A program made the translations under genes and the position numbers. The notes under the pieces are model-generated. The model was not told the DNA's origin and did no database searches. It worked only from the letters and a program-made list of their open reading frames with translations. Shown here one piece after another: positions 1 through 7,885 of a DNA stretch of 64,000 nucleotides (within the stretch, counting starts at the first letter, position 1; the number at the start of each line of letters is the position of its first letter). Origin of the DNA: Chthoniobacterales bacterium (GTDB taxonomy: Bacteria; Verrucomicrobiota; Verrucomicrobiia; Chthoniobacterales; UBA6821); contig JBMOFC010000004.1 in NCBI GenBank assembly GCA_049314455.1, positions 1,653 through 65,652 on the forward strand, given 5' to 3'.

Positions 1-29
1 CAGGAATACACTACTTGCCGGAGGCACCT

Positions 30-632
30 ATGAAAAAACTTTTTTTAATCTTTTTATTTACGTCTATGAATTCCTTATTTACGAGTCCAACTTTTGCGGC
101 CAAGAACGATCGCATTGATTCTCCGACAACAGCTCAAGCAGTTTTAGGAGGAGGATGTTTTTGGTGTATGGAAGCATTGTTCCAAAAACTTCCTGGTGTC
201 CTTTCTGTACAGTCAGGATTTGCCGGAGGGACAACCAAGAATCCAACCTACGAGAAAGTCTGTGAAGGAAACACCGGTCATGCCGAGGTGATTGAAATCA
301 CTTACGATCCCAAAAAAATTTCTTACAATCAGTTGTTAGATCTATTTTGGCGCGCTCATGATCCCACAACATGGAATCAACAAGGAGCTGACTTAGGGCC
401 GCAATATCGCTCGGTCATTTTCACAACGTCTCCAGAGCAACAACAGATCGCTGAGGCTTCCAAAAAAAATGCTCAAGCTTATTTTGAGAAACCCATTGTT
501 ACAGAAATCAAGCCACTCACGCATTTTTATCCCGCAGAAAAATATCATCAAAATTATTATCTCAACAATCGTAATGCTCCTTATTGTCGTGCGGTGATTG
601 CTCCTAAGCTACAGAAATTGCATATGGAATAG
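30..632 (+). CDS. msrA: Peptide methionine sulfoxide reductase MsrA, with an N-terminal signal-peptide-like segment
   Basis: GGGCFWCMEALF active-site motif (GCFWC) and MsrA-length body. The ATG at 30 gives MKKLFLIFLFTS...FAAKN, a hydrophobic leader. The track ORF starts at an upstream TTG (15). Confidence 0.9.
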   Translation: MKKLFLIFLFTSMNSLFTSPTFAAKNDRIDSPTTAQAVLGGGCFWCMEALFQKLPGVLSVQSGFAGGTTKNPTYEKVCEGNTGHAEVIEITYDPKKISYNQLLDLFWRAHDPTTWNQQGADLGPQYRSVIFTTSPEQQQIAEASKKNAQAYFEKPIVTEIKPLTHFYPAEKYHQNYYLNNRNAPYCRAVIAPKLQKLHME

Positions 633-808
633 ACTTCTTGCAAAATCCTGCTGCTGCTGCGAATTGCAGTATCGCCCCGGCTCGGCTCACCCTGTCGGAC
701 TGCCTGGAGGAGTCTATCCCAGAGCCTCCCGGCTGGCTGGCATTCTGGGTTTGCGCACAGGAGACTCCTTGCGCTCCATCAGCCATCAGTGAGTTTTACA
801 AGAAGTCT
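631..808. mobile_element. MITE-like element (family D) with imperfect ~16-bp terminal inverted repeats
   Basis: Left end AGACTTCTTGCAAAAT, right end GTTTTACAAGAAGTCT (reverse complement AGACTTCTTGTAAAAC). GC-rich internal palindromic segments. The left end overlaps the msrA TAG stop (630-632). The three overlapping track ORFs inside it look spurious. Confidence 0.5.
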
Positions 809-830
809 AATAAATCTACTTTGCGGCTTT

Positions 831-860
831 GTTGAAGTTAAAAGTTGAAGTTGAAGAAGC
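831..860 (+). repeat. GTTGAAG-type ~30-nt element, copy 1
   Basis: gttgaagttaaaagttgaagttgaagaagc. Same architecture as copies at 1781-1809, 7337-7366 (rc) and 51154-51183 (rc). Confidence 0.7.
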
Positions 861-971
861 AATCCATTCAAATGATGAGCCTCAGAAAAACATAAACTTA
901 TTTTTCTGCACAATCTGTTTCTAACTTCTATCTTCTACCTGCCAGCTTGCAGATAGCAGGCACTTCTTCTC

Positions 972-1766
972 ATGAAAGCCCTCCTCAATGCACTCCAAGA
1001 AGGTCGTCTCGTTGAACTACCTGACAATGACAAAGTCGATGCACTAGAATTCCTCTCTGTCTTGATTGAGGCTATTCCAGAGGTTCAAGTCGAAGATCAG
1101 GTTACCGAAAGAATTATTGCAAGGGAGAAGCTCCACAACACAGGTATTGGAAAAGGATGGGCTTGTCCTCATGCCTCTACGCTGCGTGACACTGAGCTTC
1201 TCTGCTCAGTTGGTTGGAGCCCTCATGGTATTAACTATGGTTCTCCTGATGGAGAGCCAGTCCGATTGGTGGTGATGTATTTTGTCCCTGAGTCACAAAA
1301 AAATGCCTACCTCAAAGAGATTTCTTCCCTTGCGAAAGCCATTCATCAAACACCAGGCCTCCAAAAACTACAGGAGCTTCATGAACTCTCAGAAGTGCGG
1401 CATACACTCTTAGATGCCATCAGTCATGCGTTGGAATCGGTGGGTCCAGAAGCACGTGCACGGATGATTCAACTCGAGGTAAAACATGCCGCCTCTCAAT
1501 CAGTCACGCCGGTCGATAATAAACTTACGGAGCTGGTACGCCATCTTCTTCCTGTATCGGTCTTAGAGATTCCAGGGACTCGCACGCTTGTTCTGGCACA
1601 AGATCAACTTGTGGTCAAACAGTTAGAGTCTTATGATCATCTAAGCACCGAGTTGGCTCAACATGGCTTTGTAGAATATCAAGGTCTTCATGTTGTTGTC
1701 CGCTCTACAGAACGCTTTTCTCCTGATAGGGTGCTTCATCATTGTGTGGCGGTGAAGATGCCTTAA
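972..1766 (+). CDS. PTS EIIA type-2 (PtsN/fructose-family)-like domain protein with an uncharacterised C-terminal half
   Basis: The N-terminal ~140 aa follow the EIIA-2 pattern: REKLHNTGIGKGWACPHAS with the candidate phospho-His, then DGEPVRLVVMYFVP. The C-terminal ~120 aa have no motif I recognise. Confidence 0.6.
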   Translation: MKALLNALQEGRLVELPDNDKVDALEFLSVLIEAIPEVQVEDQVTERIIAREKLHNTGIGKGWACPHASTLRDTELLCSVGWSPHGINYGSPDGEPVRLVVMYFVPESQKNAYLKEISSLAKAIHQTPGLQKLQELHELSEVRHTLLDAISHALESVGPEARARMIQLEVKHAASQSVTPVDNKLTELVRHLLPVSVLEIPGTRTLVLAQDQLVVKQLESYDHLSTELAQHGFVEYQGLHVVVRSTERFSPDRVLHHCVAVKMP

Positions 1767-1780
1767 CCACTTTGTGGTAA

Positions 1781-1809
1781 GTTGAAGTTTCAAGTTGAAG
1801 TTGAAGCAG
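1781..1809 (+). repeat. GTTGAAG-type ~30-nt element, copy 2
   Basis: gttgaagtttcaagttgaagttgaagcag, directly downstream of the EIIA-like gene and 13 nt upstream of a small ORF ATG (1822). Confidence 0.7.
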
Positions 1810-1821
1810 AAACAAGCGCTC

Positions 1822-1968
1822 ATGAAAAAAATCAACTTATTGCTCGTGGTTTTTTGCGCGTTATTCCTTCTTAGCGCAGCTCTCTTTTTTGGAATGAGAA
1901 AGTTTTCTTCCTATTGCAAAAAAAAATCGAATGCTGTTTTTCAGGAAACAATCCGAGCTAACTTTTAA
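1822..1968 (+). CDS. Possible small membrane protein (48 aa), not in the ORF track
   Basis: The ATG at 1822 gives MKKINLLLVVFCALFLLSAALFFGMRKFSSYCKKKSNAVFQETIRANF, with a single hydrophobic helix. It converges on and overlaps the SDR gene end by about 11 nt. There is no homology evidence. Confidence 0.25.
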   Translation: MKKINLLLVVFCALFLLSAALFFGMRKFSSYCKKKSNAVFQETIRANF

Positions 1969-2806
1969 TGTCTGTTGAAAGAGTTACTTCCCGCCAGGCT
2001 TCGATCTCTTGACGCAACATATTCAAATGATCTATGGCTTCGTGATAGGCATCAGTTCCAAGAAGAAGATGGAGCGGAGGATGCTCTGAGGTAACTACTT
2101 TTAGAATAGCCTGTGCTGCAAGAAGAGGGTCGCCATTCTGTTTTCCATCACCATGGGCGCTCCAGACCCGTGCTTTTCCAACAGTAGGGATATAGTCTTC
2201 AATAATTTTTTGGGATGCACCCAAGGCATCTTTCGCTAAAAATTTGGTGCGAAAACCACCTGGTTCTACAAGCGTTACATGAATGCCAAGTGGCTTTATT
2301 TCTTGGGCAAGAGCTTGAGAGAGGCCTTCTACCGCAAATTTTGTCGCATTGTAAATTCCAAAACCCGCTGCAGCAGTGAGTCCCCAGATAGAAGAAATAT
2401 TGATAATATGGCCACTGCAGCGCTCCCGAAAATGAGGCAAGAAAGCTTGTGTCGTTTTTAAAAGGGCAAAGAAATTAATCTTAAACAAATCTGATACTTC
2501 TTGTTCACTCACTTCTTCCACAGCACCGAGAAGACCATAGCCAGCATTGTTAACGAGTACATCAACGTGCCCAAAAGTTGCAATAGCTGTTGTTACTGCT
2601 TTTTCTATTTGTACGGTATTGTGAAGGTCTAGCGGCAGTACAAGAAGATTATCTGCGTACTTCGAAAAAGCTTCTTCGACTTTTTTGGGAGTGCGTGAGG
2701 TGGCTACGACCTTGTCACCGCGTTCTAGGGCGACTCGCACAAGCTCACGTCCAAAACCGTATGATGTGCCCGTGATGAACCAAACGAGAGGAGATGATAA
2801 TTTCAT
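1958..2806 (-). CDS. Short-chain dehydrogenase/reductase (SDR) family oxidoreductase
   Basis: N-terminal TGTSYGFG (TGxxxGxG) cofactor motif, NNAG, and the YNATK catalytic YxxxK. ATGA overlap with the gatB stop. Confidence 0.85.
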   Translation of the reverse strand: MKLSSPLVWFITGTSYGFGRELVRVALERGDKVVATSRTPKKVEEAFSKYADNLLVLPLDLHNTVQIEKAVTTAIATFGHVDVLVNNAGYGLLGAVEEVSEQEVSDLFKINFFALLKTTQAFLPHFRERCSGHIINISSIWGLTAAAGFGIYNATKFAVEGLSQALAQEIKPLGIHVTLVEPGGFRTKFLAKDALGASQKIIEDYIPTVGKARVWSAHGDGKQNGDPLLAAQAILKVVTSEHPPLHLLLGTDAYHEAIDHLNMLRQEIEAWREVTLSTDIKS

Positions 2807-4281
2807 GAAAGTTTCTTGAGCAATATTTCTCCTGCAAGCGCTGGATTGGCTTTTCCTTTGGAAAGTTTCATCACTTGTCCTTTAAGAAAATTTAACGCAG
2901 CTTCTTTGCCAGCTTTAAAATCAGCGACCACTGCTGGATGTGCTGTAATAACGCTGTCGCAGAAGCCTTCGATAGCACCGCTATCACTGACTTGTTGCAA
3001 TCCTTTTTCTTGAACGATGAGTGATGGGCTTTTTTGACTGGTGATCATTTCAGCAAAAACTTCTTTCCCTTGGCGGCCGCTGATGGTCCCTTGTTCTATT
3101 AACGAGGTTAATTCAACGAGCGCTCCCGGCCCAATAGGAGATTCTGTAAGGCTCAAAGAGGTGCTTCCCAAAGCACTCAAGAGATCATTGATGATCCAGT
3201 TTGCAAGGATTTTGGGACGTACTTTCTGAGCAGCGATGTGAATAGCTTCTTCAAAATAAGTCACCAGAGCATGATCTTCGGTAAGTACAGCTGCGTCGTA
3301 AGGACTGAGTTCATAATCAGCAATTAAACGAGCACACTTTGCTTGTGGTAGCTCGGGCATTCTTTTTTGAGCCTCTGCAACTAATTCTTCGGTATGAATG
3401 GGAAGTAAGTCAGGATCAGGAAAGTAGCGGTAGTCATGGGCTGATTCTTTCACACGCATCAGAGTTGTTTCTCCACGATCATCATCCCAGCGGCGTGTTT
3501 CTTGAGACAATGTTCCGCCACGCGAAAGAATTTCAATTTGACGTTGAATTTCAAAGGTCAAAGCGCGGCGTACACCACTAATCGTATTTAAGTTTTTCAG
3601 TTCAATCTTGGTGCCGAATTCTTGTTGTGTTGCAGGACGTACCGAGACATTCACATCACACCTCATTTGACCTTTTTCCATATCAGCATCACTGATATTG
3701 CCATAAACTAAAATTTGACGGAGTGCTGTCAGATAGGCAAAAGCCTCTTCTGGAGAGGCAATGTCAGGCTCGGAAACAATTTCAATAAGAGGAGTTCCTG
3801 CCCGATTGAAATCGATGCTGCTTGTGGTTTCGGAATGAAAACTTTTGGCGACATCTTCTTCGAGATGAATACGCGTGAGGCGAATCTTTTTTTCTTGGGC
3901 CACTTCTGTTTTTTGTACTTCTTTGGGATAAGCACGTTCATAGAGCGGAACAGCACCACCGAGACAGAGTGGTTTATCAAATTGTGAAATTTGATAATTT
4001 TTTGGCATGTCGGGGTAAAAATAATTTTTCCGATCAAATTTACAGAGCGGAGGAATCTCACACGAGAGCATGAGGCCTGCAAGTGTTGTTAAATAGAGGG
4101 CTTCACGATTAATGGTTGGAAGTGCTCCAGGATGTCCTAAACAGACCGGACAGACGTGGGTATTGGGCTCGGCCCCATATTCTACAAGGCAAGAGCAAAA
4201 CATTTTGGTCTTGGTTTTGAGCTGGGCATGAACTTCGAGTCCGATGGTGACGAGGTAAGGAGGATTGTTTTCTAAGTGCAC
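2803..4281 (-). CDS. gatB: Asp-tRNA(Asn)/Glu-tRNA(Gln) amidotransferase subunit B
   Basis: VTIGLEVHAQLKTKTKMFCSC..., NYFYPDMPKNYQISQ, and a C-terminal GatB/YqeY tail. Full length is about 490 aa. Probable GTG start. Confidence 0.9.
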   Translation of the reverse strand: MHLENNPPYLVTIGLEVHAQLKTKTKMFCSCLVEYGAEPNTHVCPVCLGHPGALPTINREALYLTTLAGLMLSCEIPPLCKFDRKNYFYPDMPKNYQISQFDKPLCLGGAVPLYERAYPKEVQKTEVAQEKKIRLTRIHLEEDVAKSFHSETTSSIDFNRAGTPLIEIVSEPDIASPEEAFAYLTALRQILVYGNISDADMEKGQMRCDVNVSVRPATQQEFGTKIELKNLNTISGVRRALTFEIQRQIEILSRGGTLSQETRRWDDDRGETTLMRVKESAHDYRYFPDPDLLPIHTEELVAEAQKRMPELPQAKCARLIADYELSPYDAAVLTEDHALVTYFEEAIHIAAQKVRPKILANWIINDLLSALGSTSLSLTESPIGPGALVELTSLIEQGTISGRQGKEVFAEMITSQKSPSLIVQEKGLQQVSDSGAIEGFCDSVITAHPAVVADFKAGKEAALNFLKGQVMKLSKGKANPALAGEILLKKLS

Positions 4282-4412
4282 AGATTTTAGGTTGAGGCAA
4301 GTAAAGGGTAACGTGTAGCGAGTTTAGTAACGTGCCTTCAGCAAATTCAAATGAAAAGAACTGGGGTATATACCTTCGAGGTATTAACTTATTACCCGTT
4401 ATTCTTTACTCT

Positions 4413-5324
4413 TTACTGGTTTGGTTGTCTGGTCGCTTGTTTTAAAGCAGCAGAAAGGTCAAACGATTTTAATTCCTGCCATAAAGTTGGATCGCTAAAA
4501 GCGTGTTGGACATTTTTGTTTTCAATAAGAAGAAAAATATTTCCCGATGTCATTGCTTTTTGTACTTCGGGATCATTCACTATTTTTCTGATACTAGGAT
4601 TTGATAAAAGTTTCTGTGTGCTTGGAGTATTGATGAAGCGAATCAAGGCTTCATGATCTTTCATGAGTGACATGCTTTTTTTTGTGTTTTCATAAAAAGC
4701 AGGCGTGAGTGGATCCACTTGAATAAACCAGGTCCCCAAGGGCCCTAATTCTAATGATTTTTTAAGTCTTACTAGGTTATAAGCCAATGGGTCGCTTGTG
4801 GAAGGCAACCCTTGTTGTTCTGCGTGCAAGAGGCGCACCTCTCCTACAAGACCCAGGCTACGTATTGCAGAAATGCCTCCCCAAAGGAAAAAGAGGCCAA
4901 ACAATATTCCGCAACATGCTCCTCCTAGACCCAGAAAACCACGTAAGAAGCCGTGATAATGATCTGTTTTTTTAAAAAGGAGTGCTGAAAAAAAATTGAT
5001 CAACACGTAGGCTCCAAGTCCTACAATGCCTCCCAACAGACTAGGGATGAGCGGAGAAGGAGCATGAAAAAAAAAGAGAAGTCCTATATTGATTGCAGCT
5101 GCTGTTGCAGAACCTGCAAACCAAGCTGCAATCAAGGCCGCAAACTTGAGGAAGCCTCGAATAAGACCAAGGCGCCATCCGCGCCACGTCTCAAAAAGAA
5201 GCCAAGCAATGGAAGCAGCTAGGAGAATGTCTTGCCACTGAGAGGAGGGGAGAATCAGGCTAGAGGCTAGAGGCTTGAGGCTTGAGGCTGGAGGAAGTTT
5301 CATGCTGCTGCTAATTTCAAACAT
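4413..5324 (-). CDS. CvpA-family membrane protein with an extra C-terminal soluble region
   Basis: The N-terminal half has four hydrophobic helices of CvpA type (WQDILLAASIAWLLFETWRGWRLGLIRG...). The start is uncertain (ATG at 5324 or 5303, or TTG at 5345). The heptamer repeat at 5258-5293 lies in the first codons. Confidence 0.6.
   Translation of the reverse strand: MFEISSSMKLPPASSLKPLASSLILPSSQWQDILLAASIAWLLFETWRGWRLGLIRGFLKFAALIAAWFAGSATAAAINIGLLFFFHAPSPLIPSLLGGIVGLGAYVLINFFSALLFKKTDHYHGFLRGFLGLGGACCGILFGLFFLWGGISAIRSLGLVGEVRLLHAEQQGLPSTSDPLAYNLVRLKKSLELGPLGTWFIQVDPLTPAFYENTKKSMSLMKDHEALIRFINTPSTQKLLSNPSIRKIVNDPEVQKAMTSGNIFLLIENKNVQHAFSDPTLWQELKSFDLSAALKQATRQPNQ
5258..5293. repeat. Tandem heptamer array GGCTAGA GGCTAGA GGCTTGA GGCTTGA GGCTGGA
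   Basis: Five tandem 7-mers read directly from the sequence. Related GGCTGGA doublets occur at 10761-10775, 10635-10650, 15494-15507, 19416-19438, 19915-19935 and 41017-41044. Confidence 0.8.
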
Positions 5325-5508
5325 ACCTTTGTCGGATTCATTCAAGAAAGGTATAAGATCATTATTTTTTATGAATGACTAGGAGTGGTAGAAAAAATCC
5401 ATTAGTTGCTATTATGAGAAAGAGATTTTAAAATTGATCTTTCTAACCAAATAATGGAAAGACTGTAGCTTTAGTTTCGTTTTGATAAATCAACCCTCCA
5501 GCTCATTT

Positions 5509-7110
5509 TCAGAGCGCCAGTTCTTTATTCGTAAGCGCGTCGGTAATCACAAATTTTTCTAAATGGATCGTGGGGTCAGCACGGAAGGTGAGACAAGCCA
5601 GATAGCGACGTTGAATGTCTGCTAGGAGTTCATCATCTTCGTGGCGCAAACGATGGAGTAATTCAGGATGAACAGTCACTTTAAATTCATGAATTTCATC
5701 TTGATGGCGTTTCATCAAGGTATGAAGGGCACGTTGAAGTTCTACGCTCATGGTCATGACACTTTTGATAACTCCTTTGCCACCACAGTAGGGACAATGC
5801 GTGTAGCGAGAGCTCGAGATGCTCTCTTGAGCACGCTGGCGTGTCATCTCCATGAGCCCCAATGCAGAAATGGGCAAGACATGAGTGCGTGCTTTATCTC
5901 GCTTGAGGCGATCTTTCATCCGGTGATAGACAGCATTCTGATCTTTGCGACTTTTCATATCGATGAAGTCACAGACAATAAGACCTCCAATGTTACGGAG
6001 TCGAAGCTGACGTGCGATTTCATCGACTGCCTCTAGGTTTGTTTGAAGCAATGTTTTTTCCATATCTTTGCTTCCTTTATTGCGACCGGTATTGACATCG
6101 ACAGTAATCATGGCTTCCGTTTCATCGATGACGAGATATCCTCCGCAAGGAAGCCAGACCTGACGCAGCAACGCTTTATCAATCTGTTCTTGAACTCCAA
6201 AGTTATCAAAAATCGGCTTTGTTCCACTGTAGTGATGAATAAGCTTGCGAGCACGTTTTGAAATAGGTGCGACCAAAGACTGCATTCTTTCCGTTTCGCT
6301 TAAATCATCAATATAGACTTCATCAACCGTATCGGTGAGAAAATCACGCACTGTGCGCGCGATCAGATCTGGTTCTAGAATCAAGGTGCTTGCAGCAGGC
6401 TTCGTTTTCATTCCTTCTTCCACACAACGCCACTGATCGAGTAAAAAGTGGAGGTCACGTACAAAAAAACGGGCTCGCTGCCCATCACCTGCAGTTCTGA
6501 TAATGATCCCCATCCCTTCTGGTAATTCTAAATCGGTAAGAATTTTGCGAAGGCGCGCGCGTTCTTTAGGATCTTCAATTTTACGAGAAATGCCACATTG
6601 ATCGTTAAAAGGCATGAGCACCATATAACGCCCAGCGAGGCTGATATTGGTGGTGACGCGTGGCCCCTTGGTTCCAATGGGACCTTTTGTCACTTGTACC
6701 ATCACTTCTGATCCAACGGGGTAAATCGAAGGAATGTCCTTTGCTGTAATTTTTTTCTTAGAGGAGTGATGAGTATGAGTGCGTTGAACTGCTTCAATAC
6801 CACTATCGAGGGCAGCTGGTACGGCATCCCAAAAGTGTAAAAATGCATTTTTTTCAAAACCAATGTCGACAAACATGGCTTTCAAACCATGTTCAATATT
6901 GCGCACTTTACCTTTAAAAATACCTCCCACGATATTCCGATCGCTGTCGCGCTCGATAGAATATTCTTCTAGTAGCCCATCCTCCATGAGGGCTACTCGT
7001 TTCTCGAGTTTTTCAGAGCTAATGATGAGTTTTATTCTAGGCCCCGTTTTTTTAACGCCTAAAAAATTTTTAACAGTATCGATAATGTTCAAAGTAGTAA
7101 GAGCCGTCAT
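5509..7110 (-). CDS. rng: Ribonuclease G/E family endoribonuclease (RNase G-like, 533 aa)
   Basis: S1 domain (GGIFKGKVRNIEHGLKAMFVDIGFEKNAFLH), a DNase-I-like core (VIDETEAMITVDVNTG) and a Zn-link CPYCGGKG. Adjacency to the mre cluster mirrors the E. coli mreBCD-rng synteny. Confidence 0.85.
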   Translation of the reverse strand: MTALTTLNIIDTVKNFLGVKKTGPRIKLIISSEKLEKRVALMEDGLLEEYSIERDSDRNIVGGIFKGKVRNIEHGLKAMFVDIGFEKNAFLHFWDAVPAALDSGIEAVQRTHTHHSSKKKITAKDIPSIYPVGSEVMVQVTKGPIGTKGPRVTTNISLAGRYMVLMPFNDQCGISRKIEDPKERARLRKILTDLELPEGMGIIIRTAGDGQRARFFVRDLHFLLDQWRCVEEGMKTKPAASTLILEPDLIARTVRDFLTDTVDEVYIDDLSETERMQSLVAPISKRARKLIHHYSGTKPIFDNFGVQEQIDKALLRQVWLPCGGYLVIDETEAMITVDVNTGRNKGSKDMEKTLLQTNLEAVDEIARQLRLRNIGGLIVCDFIDMKSRKDQNAVYHRMKDRLKRDKARTHVLPISALGLMEMTRQRAQESISSSRYTHCPYCGGKGVIKSVMTMSVELQRALHTLMKRHQDEIHEFKVTVHPELLHRLRHEDDELLADIQRRYLACLTFRADPTIHLEKFVITDALTNKELAL

Positions 7111-7336
7111 CAGACAGCGGTTGAAAGTGAAAAATTGTTTACCCGTTCAGTAAGACGGGTGCTCATTGCGAGTAAAGAAATCAAATAGCAAAGAAGTTAA
7201 CCATAAAAGAACACAAAGGAACACAAGATAAGTCAATCATACCCGTTCAAGAGAACTGATACGATTGTATTCTGTAGTCTATAGTCTATAGGTTTAAATT
7301 TGAGCGCTCATTTTTTTTGAATAGATACGCTTCTTG

Positions 7337-7366
7337 CCGCTTCAACTTCAACTTTTGACTTCAACT
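7337..7366 (-). repeat. GTTGAAG-type ~30-nt element, copy 3 (reverse orientation)
   Basis: ccgcttcaacttcaacttttgacttcaac is the reverse complement of the motif. It lies about 230 nt upstream of the rng start, in the same orientation as rng. Confidence 0.7.
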
Positions 7367-7393
7367 GTACCCGGTCTTTTGAACGGGCACTCT

Positions 7394-7885
7394 AGAGCAT
7401 TTTAAAAAATTCTGTAGCCGAGCCTTGTGGTGTCACTCCGAACGTCATCCCCGCGAAGGCGGGGATCGCGTCCTTATATGTTAAAAAATGATATCTCTAA
7501 AAATTAGAGATAGAGCGTTAAAGCTGGCTGGTAGGCTCCCCGAGAATGGGCACTGACAGCTCGTCGGAGGGGAAGTCTACCAGCCAGCCTTAAGGTAAGA
7601 TGGGCTGTCAGCCTACCAAAATAATTTGATAGACTGACAGCTGCCGAGCGCCAAAAAATCCATAAGGATTTTCGGGAAGAGTTTGAAAGGCCGTTCACGT
7701 CCTTGGTGCTAGACACCGTACTCGAGTATCGCTGGCTACACTGCGGGTCTGCGCTTCCTCGTTTGACTCGCTTTGCGAAGCTCACCTCGCCCTTGCTGGG
7801 CTGCCTAACGGCAGTCTGCCCGACCGACTCCCGTCGGGTCGTGTTCTGACAATGCACCCAACTACAGAATTTTTTAAAACGTTCT
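7394..7885. mobile_element. MITE family 2 copy carrying a ~250-bp nested insertion
   Basis: TIRs AGAGCATTTTAAAAAATTCTGTAG and CTACAGAATTTTTTAAAACGTTCT. The flanks align with the uninterrupted copy at 63630-63870. The extra segment at about 7469-7719 sits between ...ggcggggatcgcgtcc and ctcgagtatcgctggc. The right TIR overlaps the mrdA stop codon (7884-7886). Confidence 0.85.

Noticed and set aside
7504..7857. Track ORFs lying inside MITE-like repeats (7504-7857, 13054-13278, 19507-19896, 38160-38432, 38234-38428, 48992-49222, 49233-49427, 63636-63911, 598-835), some sharing peptides such as NQYEISGL
   Set aside because: The shared peptide is simply the translated terminal inverted repeat (AATCAGTATGAAATATCCGGG). 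The ORFs have no start context, differ in frame and strand between copies, and overlap palindromic DNA. They are treated as non-coding.
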